Source: an uncultured Gemmatimonadales bacterium (GTDB lineage Bacteria; Gemmatimonadota; Gemmatimonadetes; Longimicrobiales; RSA9). Taken from it: a stretch of DNA of 64,000 nucleotides. The DNA lies in NCBI GenBank assembly GCA_963816355.1, contig CAWFKH010000003.1:384001-448000 (forward strand), read 5' to 3'. Positions 8,693-22,272 of the stretch are shown here, one piece after another; the first letter of the stretch is position 1, and each line of letters opens with the position of its first letter. A model generated the notes under the pieces. It searched no databases, was not told the origin of the DNA, and saw only the letters and a list, made by a program, of their open reading frames with translations. Made by a program: the position numbers and the translations under genes.

Positions 8693-10039
8693 ATGACAGA
8701 ACTGCGGACGAGCCGGGCGCTCGTGATCGGCGTCGCCGCCGCGGCGCTCGGGCTGCTCAGCGCCCGTGCGGTCACGACGGACCCGACGGGCACGCCGCCG
8801 AGTCCAGCAGACGACTACGCGGCGGTGGCGGCGGAGGCGCCGGAGGCGAAGGGGGTGGCGAGGTGGGAGGCGGACCGCGAGTGGGACCTTCCGAAGACGT
8901 ACAACGACCGCGTCGGCTTCTGGATTGAATTCCTGAAGGGGCGCAACGCGGATCGCACGCGGCTGTGGCTGGAGCGGCTCGGGCGCTACGGCCCGATGAT
9001 CGAGGCGGAGTTGAAGGAGCGTGGGATGCCGCGGGATCTGGTCTACCTCGCGTTCATCGAGAGCGGTCTGTCGCCGAAGGCGTACTCGCACGCCGCGGCG
9101 TCGGGACTGTGGCAGTTCATCTCGGCCACCGGCGAGCGCTATGGACTGGAGGTCGGCCGGTACGTGGACGAGCGGCGGGATCCGGTGAAGGCGACGTCGG
9201 CCGCGCTCGACTACCTTAGTGAGCTTCACGACCGCTTCGGTAGCTGGTATCTGGCGGCGGCCGCGTACAACTCGGGTGAGAACCGCGTGGAGCGGGTGCT
9301 GCGCCAGCACGCCGGCGGAGCGAAGGGGGAGGAGTCGCTCTTCTGGAAGATCGACCAGTTCCTGCCGCAGGAGACCCGCGATTACGTGCCGCTGATGCTC
9401 GCCGCCGCGTACATCGGCAAGAACCCCGCTCGTTACGGGTTCACCGATCTCGACTACCAGAAGCCGTTCGCCTACGACGAGGTCGTCGTGCCGCCCACGA
9501 CGCCGTTGTCGACCGTGGCGGAGGCCGCCGGCGCGGACGAGGACGCGATCGGGAATCTGAATCCGCAGCTGGTGCGCGGCATCAGCCCGCCCGGCGGCGC
9601 CTATTCGGTGCGCGTGCCGGCGGGGACGCACCTCGCCTTCGCGCAGAACTTCGAACGGGTCTACGCCGAGCACCGGGCGGAGAATCGCGTCCGCCTCGCC
9701 AGCTACAGCGTGGGTCGTGGCGAAACGCTGTCCCACATCGCGCTGCGCTTCGGCACCACGGTGGCGGCGCTCGTCTCGCTCAACGATGGGATCGATCCCC
9801 GCGCGCTGCAGGTGGGTGAGACGATCCGCGTTCCCGCCGACGGCGGGGCGGCGCTCGCCTCGGGCGGCTCGCCTGCGTCGGCGGCCTCCACCCGCAGCAC
9901 CTACCGCGTGCGGCGGGGCGACTCGTTGTGGGAGATCGCACGGCGCAGCGGCGTGACGGTGAGCGACCTCAAGTCGTGGAACAGCCTCGGCCGTCGCAGC
10001 ACGATTCAACCGGGGCAGCGGCTGCGCGTGGGGAGCTGA
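8693..10039 (+). CDS. Lytic transglycosylase (MltD-like) with LysM repeats
   Basis: LAFIESG, ASGLWQF, AAYNSG SLT motifs; LysM repeats (YSVGRGETLSHIA, YRVRRGDSLWEIA). Confidence 0.92.
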   Translation: MTELRTSRALVIGVAAAALGLLSARAVTTDPTGTPPSPADDYAAVAAEAPEAKGVARWEADREWDLPKTYNDRVGFWIEFLKGRNADRTRLWLERLGRYGPMIEAELKERGMPRDLVYLAFIESGLSPKAYSHAAASGLWQFISATGERYGLEVGRYVDERRDPVKATSAALDYLSELHDRFGSWYLAAAAYNSGENRVERVLRQHAGGAKGEESLFWKIDQFLPQETRDYVPLMLAAAYIGKNPARYGFTDLDYQKPFAYDEVVVPPTTPLSTVAEAAGADEDAIGNLNPQLVRGISPPGGAYSVRVPAGTHLAFAQNFERVYAEHRAENRVRLASYSVGRGETLSHIALRFGTTVAALVSLNDGIDPRALQVGETIRVPADGGAALASGGSPASAASTRSTYRVRRGDSLWEIARRSGVTVSDLKSWNSLGRRSTIQPGQRLRVGS

Positions 10040-10132
10040 GTCGGCGCGCGGGAGGGATGTGCGCGGTGGCGCGGGCCATGCAGACGGTCACGCCTACGCT
10101 GCCACTGCGAACCCCCACCAGCGGGAGAGGCG

Positions 10133-10357
10133 ATGTTCTGGATCAAGGTCACCCGTCCACGATACACCCAATCGGAGCATTACCGGGGAGAGATCGGCGA
10201 GGTCGTGGGGCGGTGGGGTCCGGAGAACAGCACCGACGGCCGCGAGGGTTACCTCGTGCAGTTCTCGGATGGCGAAGTCGTGGGCGTGACGGAGGAAGAG
10301 GTCGAGAACACGGAGGACCCGACGGGCGGCCGCGTGCCGGAGCGCGACCGCCCGTAG
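10133..10357 (+). CDS. Small hypothetical protein (74 aa, possible SH3-like beta fold)
   Basis: GGGAGAGG RBS, GC3-biased codons, GEIGEVV...YLVQFSDG. Confidence 0.6.
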   Translation: MFWIKVTRPRYTQSEHYRGEIGEVVGRWGPENSTDGREGYLVQFSDGEVVGVTEEEVENTEDPTGGRVPERDRP

Positions 10358-10400
10358 TTCGTACGGCCGGGACGACAGCCGACGGCCGCGGCCGCGCCCG

Positions 10401-10889
10401 TCAGGGCTCTGGAGCCTGCCACACGCCGGAGCGTCCTCCCTCCTTGCGGAGCAGCCGGATCGACTCCAGCCGCATTCCGCGGTCGATGCCCTTGAGCATG
10501 TCGTAGAGGGCGAGAAGCGCCACCGCGACCGCCGTGAGTGCCTCCATCTCGACGCCGGTCCGGGCGCTCACGCTGGCGGTCGCCTCGGCGCGCACGCCTG
10601 GAAGCGACGCATCGAGGGTGAAGCGGATGTCGACGGCATCGAGCGGGAGCGTGTGGCAGAGCGGGATGAGCTCCGCGGTTCGCTTCGCCGCCTGCATTCC
10701 CGCGACCTGCGCGACCACGAGCGCATCCCCCTTCGGCGTGCGTCCCTCCTGCAGCGCCGCCAGCGTCGCGGCGGCCATGCGGAGGCGGCCCTCCGCCACG
10801 GCCGTCCGCCGGGTGACCGCCTTCTCGCCCACGTCCACCATGCGCGGCCGCCCGGAAGCGTCCTGGTGGGTCAGCTTCGGCTCGCTCAT
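10401..10889 (-). CDS. moaC: Cyclic pyranopterin monophosphate synthase
   Basis: [29 protein letters not shown]. Confidence 0.96.
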   Translation of the reverse strand: MSEPKLTHQDASGRPRMVDVGEKAVTRRTAVAEGRLRMAAATLAALQEGRTPKGDALVVAQVAGMQAAKRTAELIPLCHTLPLDAVDIRFTLDASLPGVRAEATASVSARTGVEMEALTAVAVALLALYDMLKGIDRGMRLESIRLLRKEGGRSGVWQAPEP

Positions 10890-12052
10890 GCCTCCTCCGG
10901 TGCGGGCGCCCGCGCGAGCGCGGCGCCGATGCGGCGCAGCAGCCAGGCGAGCGTGAGCTGAGGATTGACGTTCGCCGTCGCGAGCGCGCGCGCCTCCTCG
11001 ACGGCGAGGACGGCATCGGGCGCTCCCGCGGCGGCGCCCGGCAGGCGACGCGCGAGGCCCCGGAGCCAGGCGAGCGCATCCACGTTGACCACGTTCGCCT
11101 CGCAGCCCTCGGCGACCGCGGCGACGTCGCGGCACCAGATGCCGAGGAATTCGAGCACGTCCCGGAAGCCGCCGCGTGCCCCCGCCGGAGATTCGGCGAT
11201 CGCGGCGGCGAGGCGGGCGGTGGCGTCATCGGCGACGGCGGCGTCGAGGAGGCGGCCGGCGGCGCGTCTGAGCGACTCGAGCGGGCCTTCGTCGCCGTCG
11301 CGCGGAAGGAACGCGAGCGCGCGTCCGATCGAGCCCTGCGAGAGATGGGCGGCCAGGCGGGCGGCATCCTCGTCGGCGCCGGCGACGGCGACGAGGTGTG
11401 CGGCGACCGCGTCGATCGGGAGCGGAGCGAGACGGATCGGCAGGAGGCGTGACCGGATGGTCGGGAGTAGCGCGTCGGGATCGGCGGCGGTGAGGACGAA
11501 GGTGGACCCTTCGGGCGGCTCTTCGAGCACCTTCAGCAGTGCGTTGGCCGCTTCGGGACTGGACTCCTGAGGCACGAGCAGCTCGGCGTCGCCGATGAGG
11601 AAGAGGCGGCGTTGGCCCATGGCGGGACGCGCGGCGGCGAAACGGCGGATCGTCTGTACCTGGGCGAGGTAGAGCCCGACCGGCTCGTCGGTCACGGAGG
11701 CTCGCAGCGGCTCGGCGCGGCGCCTCGCGAGCTCGGCGGCGCGCGCGTCCTCGAGGGCCTCGCGGAGGCGCTCGGGGCTGCCCGCCCCCTTCGGCCGCGG
11801 GAGCGGAAAGAACCAGGGCAGGTCCGGGTGCTCGAGGCGCTCGACCAGACGGCAGCTCCGGCACTCGCGGCAGGGCTCGAGGTCGTCCCGCTCGCAGAGG
11901 AGGAGCTGGCCGAGCCAGAGGCCGACGCGTTGTCGTCCGACGCCCGGTGCGCCGTGGATCAGGATGGATCCGGGGAGGCGCCCCTGGCGGGCGGCGCGGG
12001 CGAGAGCGGCACGCACGGCCTCGTGGCCCTGGACCGGAGGCAGCCCGCTCAC
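10886..12052 (-). CDS. holB: DNA polymerase III delta' subunit
   Basis: [40 protein letters not shown]. Confidence 0.9.
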   Translation of the reverse strand: MSGLPPVQGHEAVRAALARAARQGRLPGSILIHGAPGVGRQRVGLWLGQLLLCERDDLEPCRECRSCRLVERLEHPDLPWFFPLPRPKGAGSPERLREALEDARAAELARRRAEPLRASVTDEPVGLYLAQVQTIRRFAAARPAMGQRRLFLIGDAELLVPQESSPEAANALLKVLEEPPEGSTFVLTAADPDALLPTIRSRLLPIRLAPLPIDAVAAHLVAVAGADEDAARLAAHLSQGSIGRALAFLPRDGDEGPLESLRRAAGRLLDAAVADDATARLAAAIAESPAGARGGFRDVLEFLGIWCRDVAAVAEGCEANVVNVDALAWLRGLARRLPGAAAGAPDAVLAVEEARALATANVNPQLTLAWLLRRIGAALARAPAPEEA

Positions 12053-13317
12053 GGCCGCCCCTGCGTGCGCAGCCAGGTGAGCGGGTCCACCGGCACCGGC
12101 GCGCCGTTCACCGGCGCCCGCACCTGGAACTCGACGTGCGGCCCCTCCATCGTACGCGCGCCGCCGACGCGCCCGAGCACCTGTCCCACTTTCACCGTGT
12201 CGCCTTCCTCGACCGCCGTCGATTGCAGGTACAAATAGAGCGTGTAGTAGCCGCCGCCGTGGGAAAGCATGACGGATGGGCCGTAGCCCTCGAACGGCCC
12301 CGCGAGCACCACCGTGCCGTCGGCGACCGCCTTCACGGGCGTTCCCGCCGGCGCGCCGATGCCGATGCCGTTCCAGCGCAGGGTGACGCCGTTGGGCCGC
12401 CGGTCGGGGCCGAAGCGATAGAGGAGCCGTCCATCGACCGGCCAGCGCAACGCGCCAATGTCGCGCGTCGTGATCGTGCCGCCCGAAGCGGGCTGTCCCG
12501 CGCTCGCCCGCCGCCGCTCCTCCTCCCTGCGCCGGCGCTCCAGCTCGGCGACGAGGTCGGTGAGGCGGGCGGCGTCGCGCTGCAACTGCTGCAGCCGACC
12601 TGCGGCCTCCTTCTGCCGCCCCTGAAAATTGCGCAGCGTGCGCTGGTGCCGGCTCTCCAGGATCTGCAGCCGGTTCACCTCGTCGGCCTTCTCCGAGCGC
12701 ACCTGATCGAGCTGGCTCTGCCGGTCTCGCAGCTCGCGCTCCTGCGCGCTCAGACGCGCCTCCAGACGCGAGATGTCGCTCACCAGCGCCCTGTCGTGCA
12801 GCGCGATGATGTGGAGATACTTGTAGCGGTTCAGCAGCTCCGCGAAGGAGCGTGCGCCGAGCAGCGCCTCCGCCGGCTTGAGCGGGCCGCGCTCGTAGAT
12901 CGCGCGCAGCCGCCCCCGCAGCAGCGCCGTGCGCTGCGTCAGCAGGTCCCGCGTGCGGACGAGCGCGCCGCCGACCGTCGCGATGCTCGCCTCCACCGCG
13001 GAAGACTGGAAATTGAGCTCGGTGAGCGCCTGGTTCGACATCGCGACCTGACGCTCGATGTTGCCAAGCTCTCCCGAGACGTCCCGCACGCTCGTGCGGA
13101 GCTGCGCCATCTCCTTCTCCAGACGCTCGCGCTCCTGACGGATCTGCTCGAGCCGCAGCCGGCTCTCGCGCAGCTCCTTGCTCACCCCTTCGGCGGGCGT
13201 CGGCGCCTGCTGGCCTCGCGTCGCCGCGGGCACCGCCAGCGCCAGCGCCGCGGCGGTCCCAGCGACGGCCCACCGCGCGGCCGCGCGCGTCGGCGCCCCG
13301 CCGCGCCGCCGCCTCAT
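12049..13317 (-). CDS. envC: Murein hydrolase activator EnvC-like (coiled coil + M23/LytM)
   Basis: Signal peptide, long coiled coil, WPVDG..WNGIGI..GYG..HVEFQVR; follows ftsEX. Confidence 0.85.
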   Translation of the reverse strand: MRRRRGGAPTRAAARWAVAGTAAALALAVPAATRGQQAPTPAEGVSKELRESRLRLEQIRQERERLEKEMAQLRTSVRDVSGELGNIERQVAMSNQALTELNFQSSAVEASIATVGGALVRTRDLLTQRTALLRGRLRAIYERGPLKPAEALLGARSFAELLNRYKYLHIIALHDRALVSDISRLEARLSAQERELRDRQSQLDQVRSEKADEVNRLQILESRHQRTLRNFQGRQKEAAGRLQQLQRDAARLTDLVAELERRRREEERRRASAGQPASGGTITTRDIGALRWPVDGRLLYRFGPDRRPNGVTLRWNGIGIGAPAGTPVKAVADGTVVLAGPFEGYGPSVMLSHGGGYYTLYLYLQSTAVEEGDTVKVGQVLGRVGGARTMEGPHVEFQVRAPVNGAPVPVDPLTWLRTQGRP

Positions 13318-14171
13318 CGCGCTCGCAGGTGGCGCCGCACGGCGAATCCGCTCGCGAAGACGCCGAGCAGCGCGCCCGCCGCCACGCCGCCCGCGGCCCA
13401 CGATGGCGGGATCCAGTCGAGCGCGAACACGGCGCCGGAGAGGACGCGATAGCTGAGGAACGTCAGGCCGAGCGCCAGCAACCCTCCGAGCGCCCCGGTG
13501 AGCAGGCCTTCGACGAGGAAGGGGCGGCTCACGAACGCCTCCGTCGCTCCCACCAGCCGCATGATCGCGATCTCCTCGCCGCGCGCGAAGATCGCCATCC
13601 GCACCGCGGCGCCGATCAGGAGCACGGCGGTCGCGGCGAACGCGCCGCCGAGCACGATCGTCGCGACGGCCGCGATGCGCCGCAGCAGGAAGATCCGGTC
13701 CAGCCAATCGTCGCCGAAGCGCACGTCTTCGATCGCGGGATAGGCAGCGATGCGGCGGGCGACCGCGCGCACGGCCTCCGCGTCGCGCTGTCCCGGCCGC
13801 AGTCGTACCTCGAGGGAGGCAGGGAGCGGATTCTCGTCGAGCTGCGAGAAGACCGGACTCAGGTCGCCGAGCTCGCGTCGCGCGGTCTCGAGCGCCTGCT
13901 CGCGCGATACGTAGTCGACCTCGCTCACCTCCGGAAAGGCCGCGACGTCGCGTCGCATCACATCGACCGCGCCCGCGTCGGCGTCGTCGTGGAGATACGC
14001 CACGATCTCGACGCGCGCCTCCACGCGGGCGAGCGCCCGCCGGATGTTGTAGGCGACGACGCCGAAGAGGCCCCCGGCGTAGAGCGAGAGACCGATCATC
14101 GCGGCCGCCAGCGTCGTCAGCAGCGGCGCGCGCCGGAACGCCGCGAACGCCTCGCGCACCGCGTACCTCAT
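13314..14171 (-). CDS. ftsX: Cell division permease FtsX
   Basis: ENPLPAS, EIAIMRLVGA, PFLVEG. Confidence 0.93.
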   Translation of the reverse strand: MRYAVREAFAAFRRAPLLTTLAAAMIGLSLYAGGLFGVVAYNIRRALARVEARVEIVAYLHDDADAGAVDVMRRDVAAFPEVSEVDYVSREQALETARRELGDLSPVFSQLDENPLPASLEVRLRPGQRDAEAVRAVARRIAAYPAIEDVRFGDDWLDRIFLLRRIAAVATIVLGGAFAATAVLLIGAAVRMAIFARGEEIAIMRLVGATEAFVSRPFLVEGLLTGALGGLLALGLTFLSYRVLSGAVFALDWIPPSWAAGGVAAGALLGVFASGFAVRRHLRAR

Positions 14172-14854
14172 GCGTCCGCCGGCTCCGTGCGAGCCGAGTC
14201 GTAGACGACGCGGCCCGCGTCGAGCTCCACCACGCGGTAGGCGGGGAAGCGGCGTACGATATCGAGGTCGTGCGTCGCCATGATGAGCGCCGTCCCCGCG
14301 GCGTTGATGTCGCGGAAGAGCTCGAAGATGCCGCGTGCCGCGCGCTCGTCGAGGTTGCCGGTGGGCTCGTCGGCGAGCAGCACCAGCGGCTCGTTGGCGA
14401 GGGCCCGCGCGATGCCGACCCGCTGCTGCTCGCCGCCGGAGAGTTGTGACGGCAGCGACTCCGCCTTCGCGGCGAGTCCGGCGCGCGCGAGCAGGTGGCG
14501 CGCGCGTTCGCGCGCGGCGGCTGCGCGCGCTCCCGTCACCTCGAGCGCGAAGGCGACGTTCTCGGCCGCCGTCCGGTTCTGCAGCAGGCGGAAGTCCTGA
14601 AAGACGAAGCCGATCTTGCGACGGAGCCGGGGCACGTCCCTGCGCCGGATGCGCGCGGCGTCGTAGCCGCTCACCCTCAGCTCGCCCCGCGTGGGCCGCT
14701 CCTCCATGTGGATCAGCCGCAGCGCCGTCGTCTTGCCGGCGCCGCTGGGTCCGGTCAGGAAGACGAGCTCGCCCTTGCCCACGGCGAAGGAGACGTTGTC
14801 GAGCGCCAGTCCCGTCCGCGGGTATTCCTTGCTGACGTGCTCGAAGCGGATCAT
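14168..14854 (-). CDS. ftsE: Cell division ATP-binding protein FtsE
   Basis: GPSGAGKT, VFQDFRLL, LSGGEQQRV, ADEPTGNLD. Confidence 0.95.
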   Translation of the reverse strand: MIRFEHVSKEYPRTGLALDNVSFAVGKGELVFLTGPSGAGKTTALRLIHMEERPTRGELRVSGYDAARIRRRDVPRLRRKIGFVFQDFRLLQNRTAAENVAFALEVTGARAAAARERARHLLARAGLAAKAESLPSQLSGGEQQRVGIARALANEPLVLLADEPTGNLDERAARGIFELFRDINAAGTALIMATHDLDIVRRFPAYRVVELDAGRVVYDSARTEPADA

Positions 14855-15846
14855 TCCGAAGCAGCGGTTCCGCGAGCGCTCCCGGCCCGCGCCCGCGCGA
14901 GGCGCGCGGCGAGGCGGAGCGCTTCGATCATCGAGGAAGGGTCGGCGAGGGCGCGGCCCGCGATGTCGCGCGCCGTCCCATGGTCCGGCGAGGTGCGGAC
15001 GAAGGGAAGCCCCAGCGTGACGTTGACGCCGCGCCCGAATGCGGCCGTCTTGAACGCGGCCATGCCGACATCGTGGTACGGCGCGACGACGGCGTCGAAC
15101 TCGCCCCGGGCCGCCCGCAGGAAGACGGTGTCGGCCGGCAGCGGGCCCGCCACTGCCACCCCCTCGGCCCGCAGCGCGTCGACGGCGGGCGAGAGCACGC
15201 GCGCCTCCTCGTCGCCGAACAAGCCTCCGTCCGAAGCGTGGGGGTTGAGCGCGCAGAGCGCAAGCCGCGGCGAGCGCTCGCCCCAGTCACGCACGAGGGC
15301 GTCTCTCAGCAGCATCGCCTGCTCGATCAGGAGGGGGGTGGTCACGGCGGTCGGAACGGCGGAAAGCGGGATGTGCGTGGTCGCCAGCAGCACGCGCAGC
15401 GGCCCGCCCAGCGCCGTCCGCTCGGCCACCATCAACATGCCCACGCGGGTCACGCCGGCGAGCGCCGCGAGCATCTCCGTATGGCCGGGATAACCGTAGC
15501 CGGCCGCGTGCAGCGCGTGCTTGTCGATCGGCGCCGTGACGATGCCGGCGACCTCGCCCTTCAGCGCGAGCGCCGCGGCCTGCTCGATCGCGGCGCCGGC
15601 GAGCCGGCCCGCGTCGATCTCCTCTCGCTCGGCCTCGCCGGTCTGCGTGCCCCCGGCGGCGGCGCCGCGCCAGCGCCCGACCTCGAGGAGCGGGGCCGCG
15701 CCGTCGGCCGCGGTCCCCGCCGGGCCCACCAGCAGCGGCTCGACCTCGCCGGCGGTCGCGGCGAGCGCGGCGACCACGATCTCGGGCCCGACGCCCCGCG
15801 GATCGCCGAGCGTCAGCGCCAGGCGCGGACGCTTCACGGCCGACAT
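14851..15846 (-). CDS. pdxA: 4-hydroxythreonine-4-phosphate dehydrogenase
   Basis: GDPRGVGPE, GHTE, LNPHA, PADT, RTSPDHGTA. Confidence 0.95.
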   Translation of the reverse strand: MSAVKRPRLALTLGDPRGVGPEIVVAALAATAGEVEPLLVGPAGTAADGAAPLLEVGRWRGAAAGGTQTGEAEREEIDAGRLAGAAIEQAAALALKGEVAGIVTAPIDKHALHAAGYGYPGHTEMLAALAGVTRVGMLMVAERTALGGPLRVLLATTHIPLSAVPTAVTTPLLIEQAMLLRDALVRDWGERSPRLALCALNPHASDGGLFGDEEARVLSPAVDALRAEGVAVAGPLPADTVFLRAARGEFDAVVAPYHDVGMAAFKTAAFGRGVNVTLGLPFVRTSPDHGTARDIAGRALADPSSMIEALRLAARLARARAGSARGTAASE

Positions 15847-15871
15847 CCCCGCGACGTCCGCGGCGCCCGCC

Positions 15872-17203
15872 TCACATGCGGACGTCGATGTACGTCTTCG
15901 CGCGCAGCTCTCCGATGATCTCGTCCATCATCTTGCTCTGCTGGATCTGATCGCGGATCTGCGAGCGCAGGTCGTCGATCGTGTACTCGCCGGCGGGCGA
16001 GACCGCCGTCACCTTGACGATCGCGAACTTGGTCGGCGCCTGGCCCTGGCCGCTGAGCTCGATCGGACCCACGACGTCGGCATCGGAGACCTTCGCGAGC
16101 TTCTCGTCGTACGGGGCGGGAAGCTGGCTCACCGGATAGGGCCCGACGCGCGCCTGCTCTGCCGGGTCGCCGTACTCGGACGTGAGCGAGTCGATCGAGG
16201 CGCCGTCGCGGATCTGCTGCGCGAGCCGCTCGCCGAGGGCGCGCGTACGCTCGACATCGGCCTGCGAGATCGGCGCCTGGATCAGGATGTGGCGTGCCTG
16301 CCGCTCCCCGCCCCGCACCTTCTCGACCTTGATGATATGGAAGCCGTAAGTGGTCTCCACGACGCCGCTGACCGCCCCCGGCGGCAGCGAGAACGCGGCG
16401 TTCTCGAACGCCGGGAGCATCTGCCCGCGCTTGAACCAGCCGAGATCGCCACCCTGCTCCTTCGTGCCGGGATCGTCCGAGTAGCGCTTCGCCAGGGTCG
16501 CGAAGTCCGCGCCCTTCCTCAGCTCGCCGAGGATCATGCTCGCCTTCTGGAGGGCGGCCGCGCGCGCCGAGTCCGCCGGCTTCGGCGCGAGCACGATCTG
16601 GCGGAACGAGATCGTCGCCGGCTTGTCTCCGAGCTGCGCCTTGTGCGATTCGAAGTAGTCGCGGATCTCCTCCTCCGTCACGGTGGGCGGGTCGGAGGAC
16701 TGGCGGCGGCGGTTCATGTACTGCTGGATGACCAGGGTCCGCGCGTACTGCTTGGAGAGCATCTGCCGGAACTCGGTCATCGTGAGGCCTTCGCGCGCCA
16801 GCGCGGCCTCGAACTGCGGCTGTCCGCCGAACGCCTGCTGGCGCTGCGCGACGTCCTGGTCGATCGCCCGCTGCACGTCGCCCGGCGCGGCTGTGAGCGA
16901 ATCCCTGACCGCCGCCTGCAGCATCACCAGCTCGTCGATCTGCTGGTCGATCACCCGCTTCCGCACCGCCGCCGTGTCGACCGTGCCCTTCTCGTCCTGA
17001 AGCGCGCGCAGCAGCTCGAGCTGGACCTCCGACTGCAGCAGCACGCTGTCGCCGACCACCGCCACGACGCGGTCGACCACTTCGGGGCCGCCGACGGCCG
17101 GCCCGACCGGCTCCTGTGCATGCGCCGCGGGCGTCGCCAGCGCGAGCGCCGCCAGCGCGAGCGTCGCCGCGAGCACCGGCATCCATCGTTTCGAGAGTCG
17201 CAT
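15872..17203 (-). CDS. surA: SurA-like periplasmic chaperone/PPIase
   Basis: VDRVVAVV, parvulin motifs YSDDPG..GGDLG..YGFHII; upstream of pdxA. Confidence 0.85.
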   Translation of the reverse strand: MRLSKRWMPVLAATLALAALALATPAAHAQEPVGPAVGGPEVVDRVVAVVGDSVLLQSEVQLELLRALQDEKGTVDTAAVRKRVIDQQIDELVMLQAAVRDSLTAAPGDVQRAIDQDVAQRQQAFGGQPQFEAALAREGLTMTEFRQMLSKQYARTLVIQQYMNRRRQSSDPPTVTEEEIRDYFESHKAQLGDKPATISFRQIVLAPKPADSARAAALQKASMILGELRKGADFATLAKRYSDDPGTKEQGGDLGWFKRGQMLPAFENAAFSLPPGAVSGVVETTYGFHIIKVEKVRGGERQARHILIQAPISQADVERTRALGERLAQQIRDGASIDSLTSEYGDPAEQARVGPYPVSQLPAPYDEKLAKVSDADVVGPIELSGQGQAPTKFAIVKVTAVSPAGEYTIDDLRSQIRDQIQQSKMMDEIIGELRAKTYIDVRM

Positions 17204-17305
17204 CACGTTGCGGGATCGGGACATGGAACGAAGCGAGGCCGACGTCGCGCCGGCCTCGCTCTAGTATCCCTTCGAAACCACCGGGTTCCCACCGCCGGGC
17301 GGCGC

Positions 17306-18814
17306 TCAGCCGCCCGAGGTGTCCGGCGGCGTAGCCGGCTGGCCTGCCGCCGCGGGGGCGCTGCCCGGCTGCGGTGCCGACGCAGACGGCTGGCCGGCAG
17401 CCCCGGATGCCGTCGCGCCGCCGGTCGTGTCCGGCGCGGCCGCCTGACGGATCGCCTCCACTTTCGAGACGACGTCCGGGAAAGCGTTCTCGAACACCTC
17501 CGCGTTGTTCTTCTGGCGGAGCGCGAAGGAGATCGGACCGAGCGGCAGCACCTGCTGCTCGCCCTTCACGATCGACTCCAGCAGCGCCTTGACGCGCCGG
17601 TCGACCGCCGCCGCTCGCGTCTCGCCCTGCTGCGGCTTCGCCGGCAGGAGCCCCGCCTGGTGGACCGCCATCGCGAGGCGCGCGCGCACTTCGCCGACGA
17701 CCGAGTCCTTCGCCGCCTGGTCCACGGTGAAGCCCTGCTTCTTCGCTTCGGCGATCAGGATCTCGTTCGTCGACAGGCCCTTGAGTACCCGCTCCATCTG
17801 GTCGTCCGTCGCCGACGCGTACTGCGCCCGCTGCTGCGGAGCCAGGCGCCGGATGAAGTTGAGGAACTCCTCCGCCGTGAGGGAGCCGCCGTTGTAGGAG
17901 ACGAGATCGCGCGACGCGGCGCGCCCGCTCAGGTCCGACTGCGCGTTCTTCGCCAGCTCACGCGCCACGTCGAAGGCGCCGTCCTCGACCTGGATGTCCA
18001 GCGGATCCGTGAGCGACTTGATGTAGTTCTGCTCCGCCTCGTTCGCCCGCTGCTGCACCATCTGGGCGCGGAACTGCACCTCGTTGTCCTGGAACTTCGG
18101 CACCCGGCGATCCTCCACCTTGATCACGTGGAAGCCGAACGGCGTCTCGACCACCGGGCTCACTTCGCCCGGCTTCAGCTTGAAGGCGGCTTCCTCGAAC
18201 GGCCCCACCATCTGGCCACGCTGGAAGTAGCCCAGGTCGCCGCCGTTCTTCGCGCTGCCCGGATCCTCGCTGTACTTCTCGGCCAGCTTCGCGAAATCCT
18301 CGCCCGCCGCCGCCCGCTTCTGCAGATCCTCCGCCAGCGCCCGCGCCGAATCCTTCTTCGCCTGCGAATCCTCCGGGCTCACGCGGATCAGGATGTGCCG
18401 CGCCCGGACCGAGACGTCCGGCTGGTTCTCCGCGTACAGCTTCTGGAGCTGCTCCTCCGTGAACGTCGTGTCTGGCTGCACGACCTTGTCCCGCAGCTTG
18501 TATACGATCTCCTGCTCCATCTCGGGCAGGACGACCTGGTCCAGGTTCAGCCCGGAGAGCGTCGAGTCCTGCGACGCCGCTTCCGCCAGCAGCGTATAGT
18601 CGACCCACAGGTTCGCCACCGCCTGCGCGACGGTCGGTTGGGCCGGGAGACGCGGGTTCTTCGCGATCAGCGACGCCGTCTCGTCCTTCGTCAATTCGTG
18701 ACCCCCCGCACGGGCCACCAGATCCGTGTGCGAGGTCATCGCCTTGCCGATGCGGTCGCAGCCCGCCGTCGCCACGGCGGCCATCAGCGCGAACGTCGCG
18801 AGTCTCTTGAACAT
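17306..18814 (-). CDS. Parvulin-type peptidyl-prolyl isomerase lipoprotein
   Basis: Lipobox-like TAGC; ARHILI, YSEDPGS, GGDLG, FGFHVI. Confidence 0.88.
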   Translation of the reverse strand: MFKRLATFALMAAVATAGCDRIGKAMTSHTDLVARAGGHELTKDETASLIAKNPRLPAQPTVAQAVANLWVDYTLLAEAASQDSTLSGLNLDQVVLPEMEQEIVYKLRDKVVQPDTTFTEEQLQKLYAENQPDVSVRARHILIRVSPEDSQAKKDSARALAEDLQKRAAAGEDFAKLAEKYSEDPGSAKNGGDLGYFQRGQMVGPFEEAAFKLKPGEVSPVVETPFGFHVIKVEDRRVPKFQDNEVQFRAQMVQQRANEAEQNYIKSLTDPLDIQVEDGAFDVARELAKNAQSDLSGRAASRDLVSYNGGSLTAEEFLNFIRRLAPQQRAQYASATDDQMERVLKGLSTNEILIAEAKKQGFTVDQAAKDSVVGEVRARLAMAVHQAGLLPAKPQQGETRAAAVDRRVKALLESIVKGEQQVLPLGPISFALRQKNNAEVFENAFPDVVSKVEAIRQAAAPDTTGGATASGAAGQPSASAPQPGSAPAAAGQPATPPDTSGG

Positions 18815-18967
18815 GCGATCTGTCTTTTTCCGTGTTGATAGGGCCGGCGCCGACGGCACCGGCAAGAGACACAAACTACCCAATGTAGATTTCGGCGTTC
18901 CGAGGCGCCAGCGCCCGCGGCTTCGCGCCGTGCCGCTCCGCGCGCTGCCGCCCCGGCGCGACGCGTC

Positions 18968-22270
<3,303 letters not shown>

Positions 22271-22272
22271 CG

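Noticed and set aside
15521..18838. 1105-aa plus-strand ORF and many other long overlapping ORFs
   Set aside because: Arg/Ala/Pro-rich antisense or off-frame shadows of real genes, expected at this GC content
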